From: Azolla caroliniana
Lineage: Eukaryota; Plantae; Polypodiophyta
DNA: 64,000 bases
Assembly: GCA_043228905.1 (NCBI GenBank)
Contig: JBHGNT010000015.1
Location: forward strand, 19,096,001 to 19,160,000
Reading direction: 5' to 3'
Below, piece after piece: positions 24,985 through 36,070 of this stretch. The position numbers and the translations under genes are program-made. The notes under the pieces were generated by a model. It was not told where the DNA came from. It made no database searches and saw only the letters and a program-made list of their open reading frames with translations. Position 1 is the first letter of the stretch; every line of letters starts with the position of its first letter.

Positions 24985-27900
24985 TGACGAGTTGTTACGC
25001 TCTTTGCGTGTGGAAAGAGGCGGGACCGCGGGGGCCTTGAACCAAGGAGCGTGAGGAAGAAGAGAGAGAGAGAAACCAGCTTGTAGAAACACAAAGGGAG
25101 AAAGAGGGAGAGAACAAAGTCTTAATTACAAAATCAATAACGATTACAACCGGCAAGCTGGCAACGGACCCAACTCAAGTGAACACACACACACACACAC
25201 GATGCTCACACATGCACATAACCCCGACTGCATTGTGGAGCCTCTGTCGGAAGCACACGGGCTGTCCACGAAGCAGAGGCAACTCAGTCCAAAATCCTGC
25301 AGAGAATGACGAACGATGGAGGAGAGAGCTCAGTCCCAGTCCGACAACACTTCCCCCTCGCTCCCAAAACGCGATAGCTTTATCCGCCTTCTTCCTTCCC
25401 TTTTGTAGGCCGTCGAGGCAGACCGTTGCACCCTCGTTTTCCTCCATTTATTCTCTGTCCTTCCGGACAGAGATACTCTTCGATTTCCTAGACATTCAGT
25501 GCATCACATCTCGTCTATTTACACCCATCGTCCTATTCCTCGTTATGTACAAGGTATTAATTGGTGTGGAAAAGTGTAGGGCTGGTTCATGCGCCCTGCT
25601 TCGCCGATTCCGCTTTTGGCCAGTTTTCTTCACGACATCCACCCCCACCAAACCGCGCATCCACCGGTATGCACCGGAGAGGGACAGATACCGGAGAAAA
25701 CCGGTTCACTCGCCGCTCTCCGAACTATCAGCGTCCCCGAACCGATCGTCGTCGTTATCGCTCCCCCGCTCCGGCTCGTCTTCGTACCACTTCTTGAACG
25801 CTTTAATCCGCTTCCCGGCTACCAGCACTGCCAATCGTGTCCCGTCGAGCTCCGTAAGATGGTACGTGTCGTTGTCGTTAGTGCTTGTCACCGTGTAGGG
25901 CCCGAACCATCTCCTTGCAAATTTGCAGGTCCCCTTGTGCTGGTTGTTGAGGCTGCTGTCGTAAACCAGCACCCAGTCACCTTCCTCGATCTTCTTTAGT
26001 TGTAGCCGGTGCGTCCGGTCGAACCAGGCTTTGTTTCGTTCCCTTGCCGTGCGCAGCTTCTCCTTCGCCCGTTCCACGTCCTTCGGCCTCTGCTCAAGTT
26101 GCCGGATCCACGCCGTCAACAACTCTTCCCGGCTCATTTCATCCTTCCAGCCCACCGCGGCCCACGAAGAAATCGTCCGTTCCACTAGCATGATCGGCTT
26201 CTGCTCGTACATTAGTTCTGCCGGCATGAACCCCGTTACCGAACTGTGCATAGTCCGGTCTGCCCACAACGCATAGGGTAACAACTGCGGCCAGTTTCCG
26301 ACTTTGCTTTGACGATCGGTCTGTGTCTGTGTTCCACCTTCCCGTTAGCCTCCAGATTGTACGCCGTGGTGAGCGAGAGTTTAACCCCTAGCCAGTCAAA
26401 TAACTCCTCAGCCTCTTGCGTGTCTAGTTCTCCGTGGTGGGCTACAATCTTGCCGATGCATCCAGACCGGCATACCACATCTTCGATTAGAAACCGGCAC
26501 ACGGCCGCGATCATTTTGTTCTACAATGCTCGGCCTTCCACCTGGTTCGTCAGGTCCTCCCGAGCCAGCACCAGATATCGCATCTGCCCTACCCCCATCA
26601 ACATCGTGACCAGATCCACCATCCACTTGAAGTGGATGGTCGGAGGGTAGGTCGGGTGAAGCTCGTCTCGATGTCGGACTATGGAGTACATCTGACAGCT
26701 TTCGCAAGTCATTACGAACCAATGCAAGTCCCGGTATAGTCCCGACCACCAGTACTTCCCCTTTAGCTTCTCGAATGTGGCCCACGTCCCGTGGTATTTG
26801 GCCCAGGGACTCTCGTGGTATGCCGTCAACAACGCTTTCTGCTCGTCCTCCCTCGCCACTACGCAGAGTGCGGTGCCACTTTGCTTCTTTGGGTGCTTCC
26901 ATATGCGCCCTTCCCGTAGGAAGAACCGGTACGCCCTCTTCCGCATTTGGCAGGCCTCTTCTCTCGTCCACGCCGCGTCCGGCGTCATTGTCCGTAGGAA
27001 CCTCCCGATTCAGAGCCACTCTTCGTTGTACTCGCTCTCGTCGAACTCGTTTAGCGCCGGAGTGCTCCCCTTTCTTGTTGTTACGTTGGCTGACCCGAAG
27101 AAGTTCTCACTGACTTCCTCGTTATCCGAAACCATGTTGTCCTCGTCGTTGAACCGTGCCCCTGAAAGCATATCAGCCATGGCATTATCCTTCCCAGAGA
27201 TGTGCCGTATCTTAGGGTTCAGGGACTTGATATACGCGATCCACCTGAGCATCGCCAGGTCTGGACTCGCGCATCCGGAGACCATACCCAGAATCGGTAG
27301 GCAGTTCGGATCGATGATCACTTCCGTCCCGATCAGATAGTCCTTGTCGGCCTTGACTGCCGAAACGATACCCCATAGCTCGCGCTTAACTTGGGCGTAT
27401 CCTCGCTGCCGCTCCCTCAATACCTTCGCCCTGAACCGGATCGGGAACCGTACACGGTCCTTGTCCTCCTGACTGACCACCCACCCGATCCCGGTTGGGC
27501 TCGTGTCCACCGTCACGTAGATGGGGACTTCCTTGCCGTAAACCGCTTTCCGGAGAGCCAATGCTGCGGCGAGCACCTCCTTCAGTCTCCGGACCGACTC
27601 CGTGTGCTCCGTCCTCAACTCAAACCTACGCCCTTTCTTCAATAGCCCGTAGAGCGGTTCCGCGACATGTGCGTAGTGTGGAATCCAGGTGTGATAGAAC
27701 GCGCATGCACCCAAGAGTCTGCGGACCTCCGTAACCGACCCGCAATCGTCCTTCATGACGGAGATGGCTTCTACCTTTGCCGGGGACGGTTTTTGGCCAT
27801 AGGGCCCGCACAGGTGTCCGACTACCAAGATCTCTGTCTGCCCGAACGCTGATTTCTCTCCGGAGAAGGTGAGCCGCGCGCTCTCGAGCCTCTGAAGCAC

Positions 27901-30900
27901 CTTATCGCAGTCGTTGATGTGGTTCACAACAAACCTCCGGCATCCGTTCGGCCCGATTGTTTCGTCTGCACCCTCCGCTTGACACCCTTTTATCGGTACG
28001 TCGTCTAGGAACGACATAGTGATGTCTGGGATGCAGCTCCTCAACACCTTGTTCATTGCGTTCACCATGTGCGCCACCGAATTCGTTCCTCCTTGCGGTA
28101 GGGTACACATCCGCACCAAGCCGAGAGGAGTCCGCATTGTCGTGATGTCCCTGCTCTCTACGGCTAGTTGGAACTGGTCGTACCCCGAGTATAAGTCACT
28201 GATTGAATAGATCGACCTTCCGGCGAAGGCCTCCGCGAACTCGTCTATGGTCGGCCCGGTTGCAGGTCTTGTATGAAGCGTAACGTGCCATTCTTCTTTG
28301 GCACCGTGAACCACCAATTCGAGTATGGGGCACTCGACGCTTCGAGGATGCCCATATCCACCTTCTGCTTCAGTAGCTCCATCAACATTGGGATGTGAGC
28401 TCTAGGCACCGGAATCAGTTTGAGATTCCACGGCACATGCGGTACCGTGAAGATCACCATTGGCTCGACGATTGTTGGGTTTACGCACTCGATTTCCTCC
28501 GGAAAGAATGCGAAGGCCTTCCCGTACCTTCTGAGCATCCTCTGAAACCGGTCCTCCTCCTCCGGCAGTAGAAAGCCACCCCCACCAACCTTGAGCTCTC
28601 GTAGAGTTATGTCGGTGAACCGGTGCCCTATGCCGCTTGGATTCCGTAAACTTGGGTCCGACGCAACCCCTTTTATCCGCTCTTCGCTGCCCTCGGACAA
28701 GGGTGCCGCAACTAGCCTCACCTTCCGGTCCACAGTCTTATACTTTGTATCCACGCAGGCCGTTCGATCCGACCCGATCCTCTCCCCGAAGTCCGCGATG
28801 ACTTCGTACATTCCCATCGATCTAACCGGAACGGTTCGGTCTTTGCTAAGGCCTTCACCGACCACCTTTCGTAATTTGCCCAAGGTGTCGTCAAAAGAGA
28901 CCGCCTCCACGGTGCCGCTAATTTCTTCGTCGAGGGAGAGGACTCCACACACCGTAAGTCGTCTCTCCGCTCGCTTCCTCTCTTGGCTACTGATGCCGGT
29001 TAACGTATAACCTCCGTTTTCGGAGAACCAAAATTTCCTACCTATAATACATGTGTGGGGTTCTTCCGGGGTGTTCGGACTATCGCGGCCCCATGCCTTG
29101 ATAGCCCTCTCTAAAAATCCCCTTGGCTGTCCCCGCCGAGGGTCTTGCGGTTTCGCTCGTGGTTGGGTCGCACTGTCATGAATTGGACGGAATGCCGACC
29201 GTCTTGGCTCTTGACGCACGCATACGCCGAACCATTGTCCAGTACTTTCGTCTCCATGCGTGCTGCCGTAATGTACGGTTCGCCGAGAATTACCAAGTGC
29301 GAGGAAGTCTCTTGCACGAAGAAATGTTGATCTATCTCGACGTTGCCGATCTTCATGCCTACATTCGAGCACGCACCATGCAGCTCCTTTGTAGCGGGTG
29401 TCGCCGCGTGTATCTTCCACCCGTGCTTGGTGTTGATCGGCCATTTCCCCCTTTTATAGAAGTCCATGGACATCAGGTTGATCTCCAAACCGTGGTCTAC
29501 CAATGCCACCACCGGCTCCTGGATGTCGCCGATCTGAATAGGGGTTTCCGTTGTGGCCCTAGCCCAATGCGGCTTTGCGTAGTGGCTTTCTGCCAACTCG
29601 TCCTCTAGGGCCGTGTCTTCTAAATGCACCGTCCGCACTTCCACTGGCCTGTCCGGTTCCGGCTCCGCTGAGAGCCTCTTTCGCTTCACCAAGTCCACGA
29701 TGGATTCATGGAACTCCTTCTTGGCGATTCCCAGCACCTCTCGTAACGACAGCTCGACCTTGCTGTTGAGAATTCTCTCTTCCAGGACCTTCCGCAGGTA
29801 CGTTGTTCGTTCTATTTTGGTGCTCAGCGGGAAACCGGCTTGCTCTCCGGTGAGTTGGCGTTGGCAGCCTCATTTGGCTTCGGTCCGAATCGAGTCTTGT
29901 ACCGCTACGAGGGGCCGCCCCCTCTGGCCTTTCCCGCGCGCTTGTCTTATACCAGAACCTCGTAGTTCTGGCATGCGGCTGCCACGAAGTCAGTCTTTTC
30001 TTCCAACGGGTCATCCCATCCGGTAACCTCCCAAATCTGTTGTTCCACGCGGTTTGCCTCTTCCTTCTTTAGCCCTAGTCCGTAGAGACCCTCTAGCACC
30101 AGCGGCCAGAATCCAGAGTCTTTCGCTTTCCGGGCCTCATCGCCCCCGACCCGGATTCCCGCCAATGCCGAGTAGTTAACGGCCTCTACATGTCGTGCCA
30201 CGGCCTCTTCCATCAACCGCTTCATTCCGCCACGGCTCGTATTAAACTCTAGGGCTTTCCGGGTCTCGCTTGTGTGCACCCGGTCGTTCCAGAGGTACAC
30301 CACGTTGGTCCTGAGTGCCTCGACGAAATGCGCACATTCTTTCCGAATATCGCCGACCGCCTCGCACCACATGCACCGCTACCCCGCCGGCGGCCTTCGG
30401 TCACGAGACTGTTCACCGCTTTCCCTCCGGGCCTGTGTGATTTGGAGATCTTACACCATCTGCGACAACTCTTCTAGAGCCGTGTCTCCGGAGGGACCTT
30501 TGACCACTCCGCTCGGGGCTGAGCCCGTCTCAAACCAACTCTGAGTTTCTTCCTTCCTAGCCAGTACCGACACCGGCTCCTCGAGCTCCCTCGTTGGGAC
30601 CGGCCTTGCCGCCGACGAGCCCTCGTCGTTCCACTCGTGCTGCTTGTCAAAACGACTGCAAACCCTCCTTACCATGGCCTAGTCTGCCGTGAGCCCTTCA
30701 TTCATTTCCAACAGGAGACCCACCTTCTCCCGGTTCATGGCGTCCACCAACTTGACGAATAGAAGTACCCGGCTTGTGTCGAGCATGGCCCGGTCCAGCG
30801 TCGACAGCCGTGTGAACCGTTTTTCTAACTCCTAGAGGAGTGCCGACGTGTTCCTCCCCTTCCCAGGGCTGTTAACCCACGCCATGAAGTCTCGCTTGGA

Positions 30901-31919
30901 CAGCCGAAGCGAGTCATCAAACCCATACATCTCGAGGAGCCGCAGCTCGAACTCCTCCCAAGTCTGGCATTCGGCCAACACCTCTGCGTGGATGCTCGGC
31001 GTCAGCACCCGAGGGAATCCGGAAAACCGCCTGTCCACCGAGATATCCCTCATGATCATTTCGGCCTGGTAGGCCTCCAAGTAGCTCGTGGCATTCTTCC
31101 CACCGAATCGACCTATGGGGCCGACGATCGACTCAATGGCCCTGTCGAGGGCACCCATTCCCTCGTGAGCGTTCACTAGCCGGTCGACGGCTACGGCCAT
31201 AGCTTCAGCAAGCTCGGATCCCCTCATCCTTCACTCCTTTGCCGCCTGTTCATGTCGGGTTCACCAAATATGTCGAGTTGTTACGCTCTTCGCGTGTGGA
31301 AAGAGGCGGGACCGCGGGGGCCTTGAACCAAGGAGCGTGAGGAAGAAGAGAGAGACAGACACCAGCTTGCAGAAACACAGAGGGAGAAAGAGGGAGAGAA
31401 CAAAGTATTAATTACAAAATCAATAACGATTACAACCGGCAAGCCGGCAACGGACCCAACTCAGGCGAACACACACACACACGATGCTCACGCATGCACA
31501 CAGCCCTGACTGCATTGTGGAGCCTCTGCCGGAAGCACACGGGCTGTCCACGAAGCAGAGGCAACTCAGTTCAAAATCCTGCAGAGAATGACGAACGATG
31601 GAGGAGAGAGCTTGGTCCCAGTTTGACAACAATTCCCCCTCGGTCCCAAAATGCGATAGCTTTATCCGCCTTCTTCCTTCCCTTTTGTAGGCCGTCGAGG
31701 CAGGCCATTGCACCCTCGTTTTCTTCCATTTATTCTCTGTCCTTCCGGACAGAGATACTCTGCGATTTCCTAGACATTCAATGCATCATATCTCGTCTAT
31801 TTACACCCACCGTCCTACTCCTAGTTATGGACAAGGTATTAATTGGTGTGGAAAAGTGTAGGGCCGGTTCATGCGCCCTGCTTCGCTGATTCCACTTTTG
31901 TCCGGTTTTCTTCACGACA
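24985..31919 (-). mobile_element. Full-length Ty3/gypsy LTR retrotransposon (no chromodomain seen, tRNA-Trp primed), pseudogenised
   Basis: LTRs 24985-25637 and 31271-31919, 4-bp TSD ACGG, PBS 31249-31266, PPT next to 25638. Domain order gag, PR (VALVDHG), RT (DLYSGYDQF, FLDD), RH (VDTS), INT (WMVDLV, RRWFGPY). Confidence 0.95.
25706..31227 (-). pseudogene. gag-pro / pol coding region of Ty3/gypsy copy 1 (stops and frameshifts)
   Basis: ORF fragments 30832..31227, 29947..30372, 29111..29737, 28245..29444, 27010..28317, 26521..26988 and 25706..26284. Confidence 0.9.
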
Positions 31920-33390
31920 ACGGTCTACGTCTACCCCACTTGCACCACCCCTTTGGTGAAGTGTCCTAGAGGGACACCCAGTGTTAAGGGTAGTCCTACC
32001 CCAAGGAGTAACACAATTTTTGGTTTGGTCGCTCTACAACTGTTGCTCTGTCACAGCTTGTTTTGCTCCGATCGCTCTCCAATTGCCGCTCTATCACCGC
32101 TTGTTCGCTGCCATTGTCAAGACACCGCTCCTATGGCCGTTGTCCCTGCTTAGGGTTTTTGGCTGCCTCTTTGAATTCTGGTCGTTGGTCCAACTGTTGT
32201 CTGTCTGTCCAGCTTGTTGATGTCTATTCGGTCGTTTTTCCGGTCCTGTCGTTCGTTTTTTCTAGAAGTGTTTGTTTGGTAATATGTGAATAGAAATGCA
32301 TTCTCTCACATTTGGAAGATACGGCTTGTGACGGTTGGGTCCCTCTCTCCTCTTTGGTAGTATGTGAATAGAAATGCATTCTCTCACATTTGGAAGATAC
32401 GGCTTGTGACGGTTGGGTCCCTCTCTCCTCTACACTTCCATTGATATAAACATTAGTTCGTAGAATCGTGCCACAATCGATTTGCCATTTCCCACTTCTC
32501 ATGCACATCATCGTTGCCATTTGTTGCACATCGTCATCAATTCCATTTCTCGCAGATCATCTCCACATATCATTCTTCATCTTCCTTGCGCATAACATCA
32601 CGGTGTTGCATTCCTCGACGACTTTCAATCACCATCACCATTTCTCGCACATCATCGATTTGATTTCTTGCACATTTCATTGTTGCCATGGCTTTGCCGC
32701 GTATTAGTCTTCAACTTCATCTTCAAAGGGGGGGTCGCCTTAGTGGTCGCCGAAAGGTGTTGTAGGTTTTAGGGTTAGGGTTAGTGATAATTATGATAAA
32801 GATAGACATGGTGAGTGTGATGATAGCAATGGAGATGGTGGGTTGAGAGATCAAGCTCAACTTAGCTTAGTTAGTCAACACATGTAACTTAGTAGTTACC
32901 TACATAGAATCTAGTTAGCGTGTTGACCATAAAACCTTAAATAGGATTTTGTACTCGAGTGGGATACATTGTAGATCCACCACTCCATGCTCATTTAATA
33001 TAGGACTTACACGTTGTACCTATATTCTCCTAGCACATGTGCACCCTTGCACATGAAATCTATATATATCTCATTGAAGGTATTTTTGTATTTTGATGAT
33101 AGTTGATGATATTTACCTTTTAATATACTTTATCATCCCCCATCTTGTTTTTGTGTTCATAAGTGTACTTCTCTCTCTCTTCCTCTCACGCACACATACA
33201 CGCACATATCACTTAATCTTCCGCTACATAATCTCTTAACTTAATCACATAATTAGGTAATAATTATTCCTTAATTAATTACCTAATCCTTAACATGGGG
33301 ATTGGTGCGGGATGTGCATTGAGAAGCATTGTGGGGTGGGGGGTGGTGCCTAGAATGGCTCCACCCCCCTCCCAAGGGGGTTCAACGTTA

Positions 33391-33400
33391 GGGAGAGGGA

Positions 33401-33439
<39 letters not shown>

Positions 33440-33457
33440 GAGAGAGAGATTGAGAGA
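33391..33457. repeat. (GA)n microsatellite
   Basis: Visible run of AG dinucleotides. Confidence 0.9.
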
Positions 33458-33711
33458 GAAATGATCCTTGTTTTCATCCATTCCCCATAAGGGGGGTTAA
33501 ATAGTTACAAAAGGGTAGATACACAAGGGTGCAAGCCCCTTGGCCATTCACACCTAGTCACCCACTCACACCTGTTTGTATCCACCACACTCACACTTAC
33601 ATTAACACTCATAATCGTATAACAATACACATACATATCAACACATTACATCTTTCACCCTCACTTATCACACTTATCAATCACCCGTACATCTCGTACG
33701 GTAACAACATT

Positions 33712-34990
33712 CCTTGAACTATGAATTTTGCCAATAACTCTGGAAGTTATGTGGAATGAACTCTCCAAGTTGTTTCTTAAATTATCAGACAAGGGTAGCA
33801 GCGCATTTCTCCTTATATACTTCCTTGATATGCTTACTAACAAGTCCCTTGCCAATATTTTCAGTCACATACTCTAAATATTTCCATTTCACAATATGAT
33901 TGTTTCCCAAATCAAGCTCATGGCTACAAAATAATGGTAACGGACAAACCTTACATGTTCTTTAAAAGACATGTACGACGATGTCACTCACATTATGGTT
34001 CTTTTTCACAAATACAAGACCTTCATAACTCAGAAACGGATGCATAAGTCATATTTTGTGCATTACACCTATTATCCTCCCCATTTGTGCAAACACATAA
34101 TTCCCCGTGTATACCTTTAGAATCAGTATGCATTGCAGTCACTCCAAGCCTTAACATGTCCATCTTCACGTGGTACACACAACAACATGTATTCCTCTCA
34201 TTTAATTTAATGACATAATATGGTTTCAAACCTTGGAACTTGAGAAATCCAAGAGTCATGCTTGGATGTTGGTCTTTAAAGTTCATGTACAATTTAGCCT
34301 ACATCAACCAATGTATAGCAAACATTAATATACACTTGGTCAAAACATAAATTTATGGAATGTGAATTGATATAAAAAAATGGAATACCTCAGTCACCTC
34401 CAAAAAGTGTCTAGGGTGAATCTGGTACTTACCCCGACTTATTCGTTGTCTACACATGTCCTTATTTTGTGAGACACTTGTATTTTTTGCCCAAAACGAA
34501 TCCACTTTCTCAATAATCTCTCGAGACAAGGCATCACATCGTCGTCTACGTCCCAACCCCAACCACTTGAATTGGCTTGAGTGTATATTTCGACAATGTT
34601 TCCTCAAGTTCCTTCTTTGAATACCCAGGGCTAAGGCAACTTTAGTATCACTATAGTTTTTTTCTCTCGCACCGTTCACAACCATGTGTAGGGTTGCCCT
34701 CTTTGCAGTAAGTTTGTTTATGCTCTCTACACCTTTCACTAAGTCTAGGGATGACTTCATAGACTCTACAATCTCTTCTGAAACACATTGGTCCCTAAAT
34801 TTTATTCTCCCCATGTCTTCATTCAAACATTGATGGTATAACACTCTACATATAATATCCCTACGATCATCTTTAGTAAATCTCTTCGTTATTTCTACCA
34901 AATAACGGACTATGTGGAGAACCACTCATCTCTTGGTCCTTTCGGATATACATGAGTTACTTGACAACTCACTCTCGTTGGGAACTATCA
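33712..34990 (-). pseudogene. Sola2-like transposase, N-terminal part with a 90-bp GT-AG intron (34299-34388)
   Basis: Spliced reading HPRHFLEVTE|AKLYMNFKDQHPSMTLGFLKFQGLKPYYVIKLNERNTCCCVYH (F..L.P..V...C.C..H motif); continues with stops to EFIPHNFQSYWQNS*FKEC. Confidence 0.7.
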
Positions 34991-35299
34991 TGGTCACTAA
35001 ATTTGTCCAAAAAAATTAAGTGTCTTGCGAGAGTAGTTAATGTTATATAGACTACACTAAGAAATCACAGTCAAATGTTTTTAAATGCGGCCTGCAAATT
35101 GAGAAATCATTCGTTTCGGACATTAGAAATATGTTTCAAAAATGACAAATAATCATTTCTTCATTCACAAATTTCTGAAAATGAAAAAATTTAGTATTGA
35201 AAATGAAAAAATAGATTTACGAATATGAGACTATAGAATTCTAAAAATGTCAAAATTAAGAATAGGAGTGCTTACCAAATAAATCAATTATCGCCGAAG

Positions 35300-36070
35300 T
35301 CTCAAACAAGTATTGGAATACTTTCAAATGAGTGGAAGAAGTGGCGAAGATGAATGCAGTATTGTGCCTCCAATTGGTGGACAAACCTTCAAATCGATGG
35401 AGAATGCCTCCTATTTCAGCGATAATATGCCTCAAATCAGTGGAAGGAACTTCAAATTGGTGGAGGGAACCTCGAATCTGTGTGATATTCTGCCTCGATT
35501 CGGTGGAAGGATCCTCGCCTTAGTGGAATAAGTCTCAAATCACTGCAAGATAAACTGCAATTGGTGGAAGAAGTAAGAAAATCGTTCTCGAAGAAGTCAC
35601 TATTGGCTATTTTAAGAGGCCTCCGAACAGTCTCTAATCCTCAACTCAAACCCTAAAACATGTTTAGCATTGAAGCACCAAAATATTTGAGATAGGGTTT
35701 ACGCACTCTAATGATATACGTGCGTAACAAACCTCTGAGATGCGAGGACAACCAGAAACCTGACATGGATGTCTGAGATGAAGAGCTTAAAGAAACTCAA
35801 AGGGATAGAGGGAGAGGAGTTGGTTTGAGGGGAAGGGCCAAAAAACGTTTAAATCCACGTGAGGGGAAAATAGCCCTAAAAATGGAAAGAACATCTCCTC
35901 ACGTGTTCCCCCCACTCCTTGTCTTAAATGTCACTTGTACGACACTCACCCCACTCCCCAAAATTGATTTTTTTCTCTAATTTTTTTTCAATTATTTAGT
36001 ACTAACAATATAGAAAGGACTGCCATTTTTTGTGGCCAAAAACATGGTACATTGTAGCATGCTTCCACCC
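35300..36070 (-). mobile_element. 5' terminal region of the Sola2-like transposon
   Basis: Minus-strand end GGGTGGAAGCATGC (fits the 5'-GRG Sola2 terminus) abuts the resumed array at 36071. Degenerate ~22-bp repeats at 35300-35580. The opposite TIR was not found. Confidence 0.5.

Larger units (their letters stand above)
24649..32013. repeat. ~427-bp foldback (two ~190-bp arms, ~46-nt loop) interrupted by a Ty3/gypsy element
   Basis: Left arm 24649-24837 is the reverse complement of 24884-24984 plus 31924-32013. Confidence 0.9.
24649..33706. mobile_element. Composite insertion with TGTTAC...GTAACA ends that splits the transposase gene
   Basis: Perfect 5-bp TSD ACATT (24644-24648 / 33707-33711). 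The transposase frame rejoins as ...FKEC|INNLPP when it is removed. Confidence 0.8.

Noticed and set aside
32765-32785. TTAGGG telomere-like repeats (also AACCCTAACCCTAA near 60313)
   Set aside because: Only 2-3 units; common telo-box-like motifs in plant TEs.
32921-33295. Possible solo LTR (TGTT...AACA)
   Set aside because: Flanks TAGCG / TGGGG do not form a TSD, so it cannot be supported.
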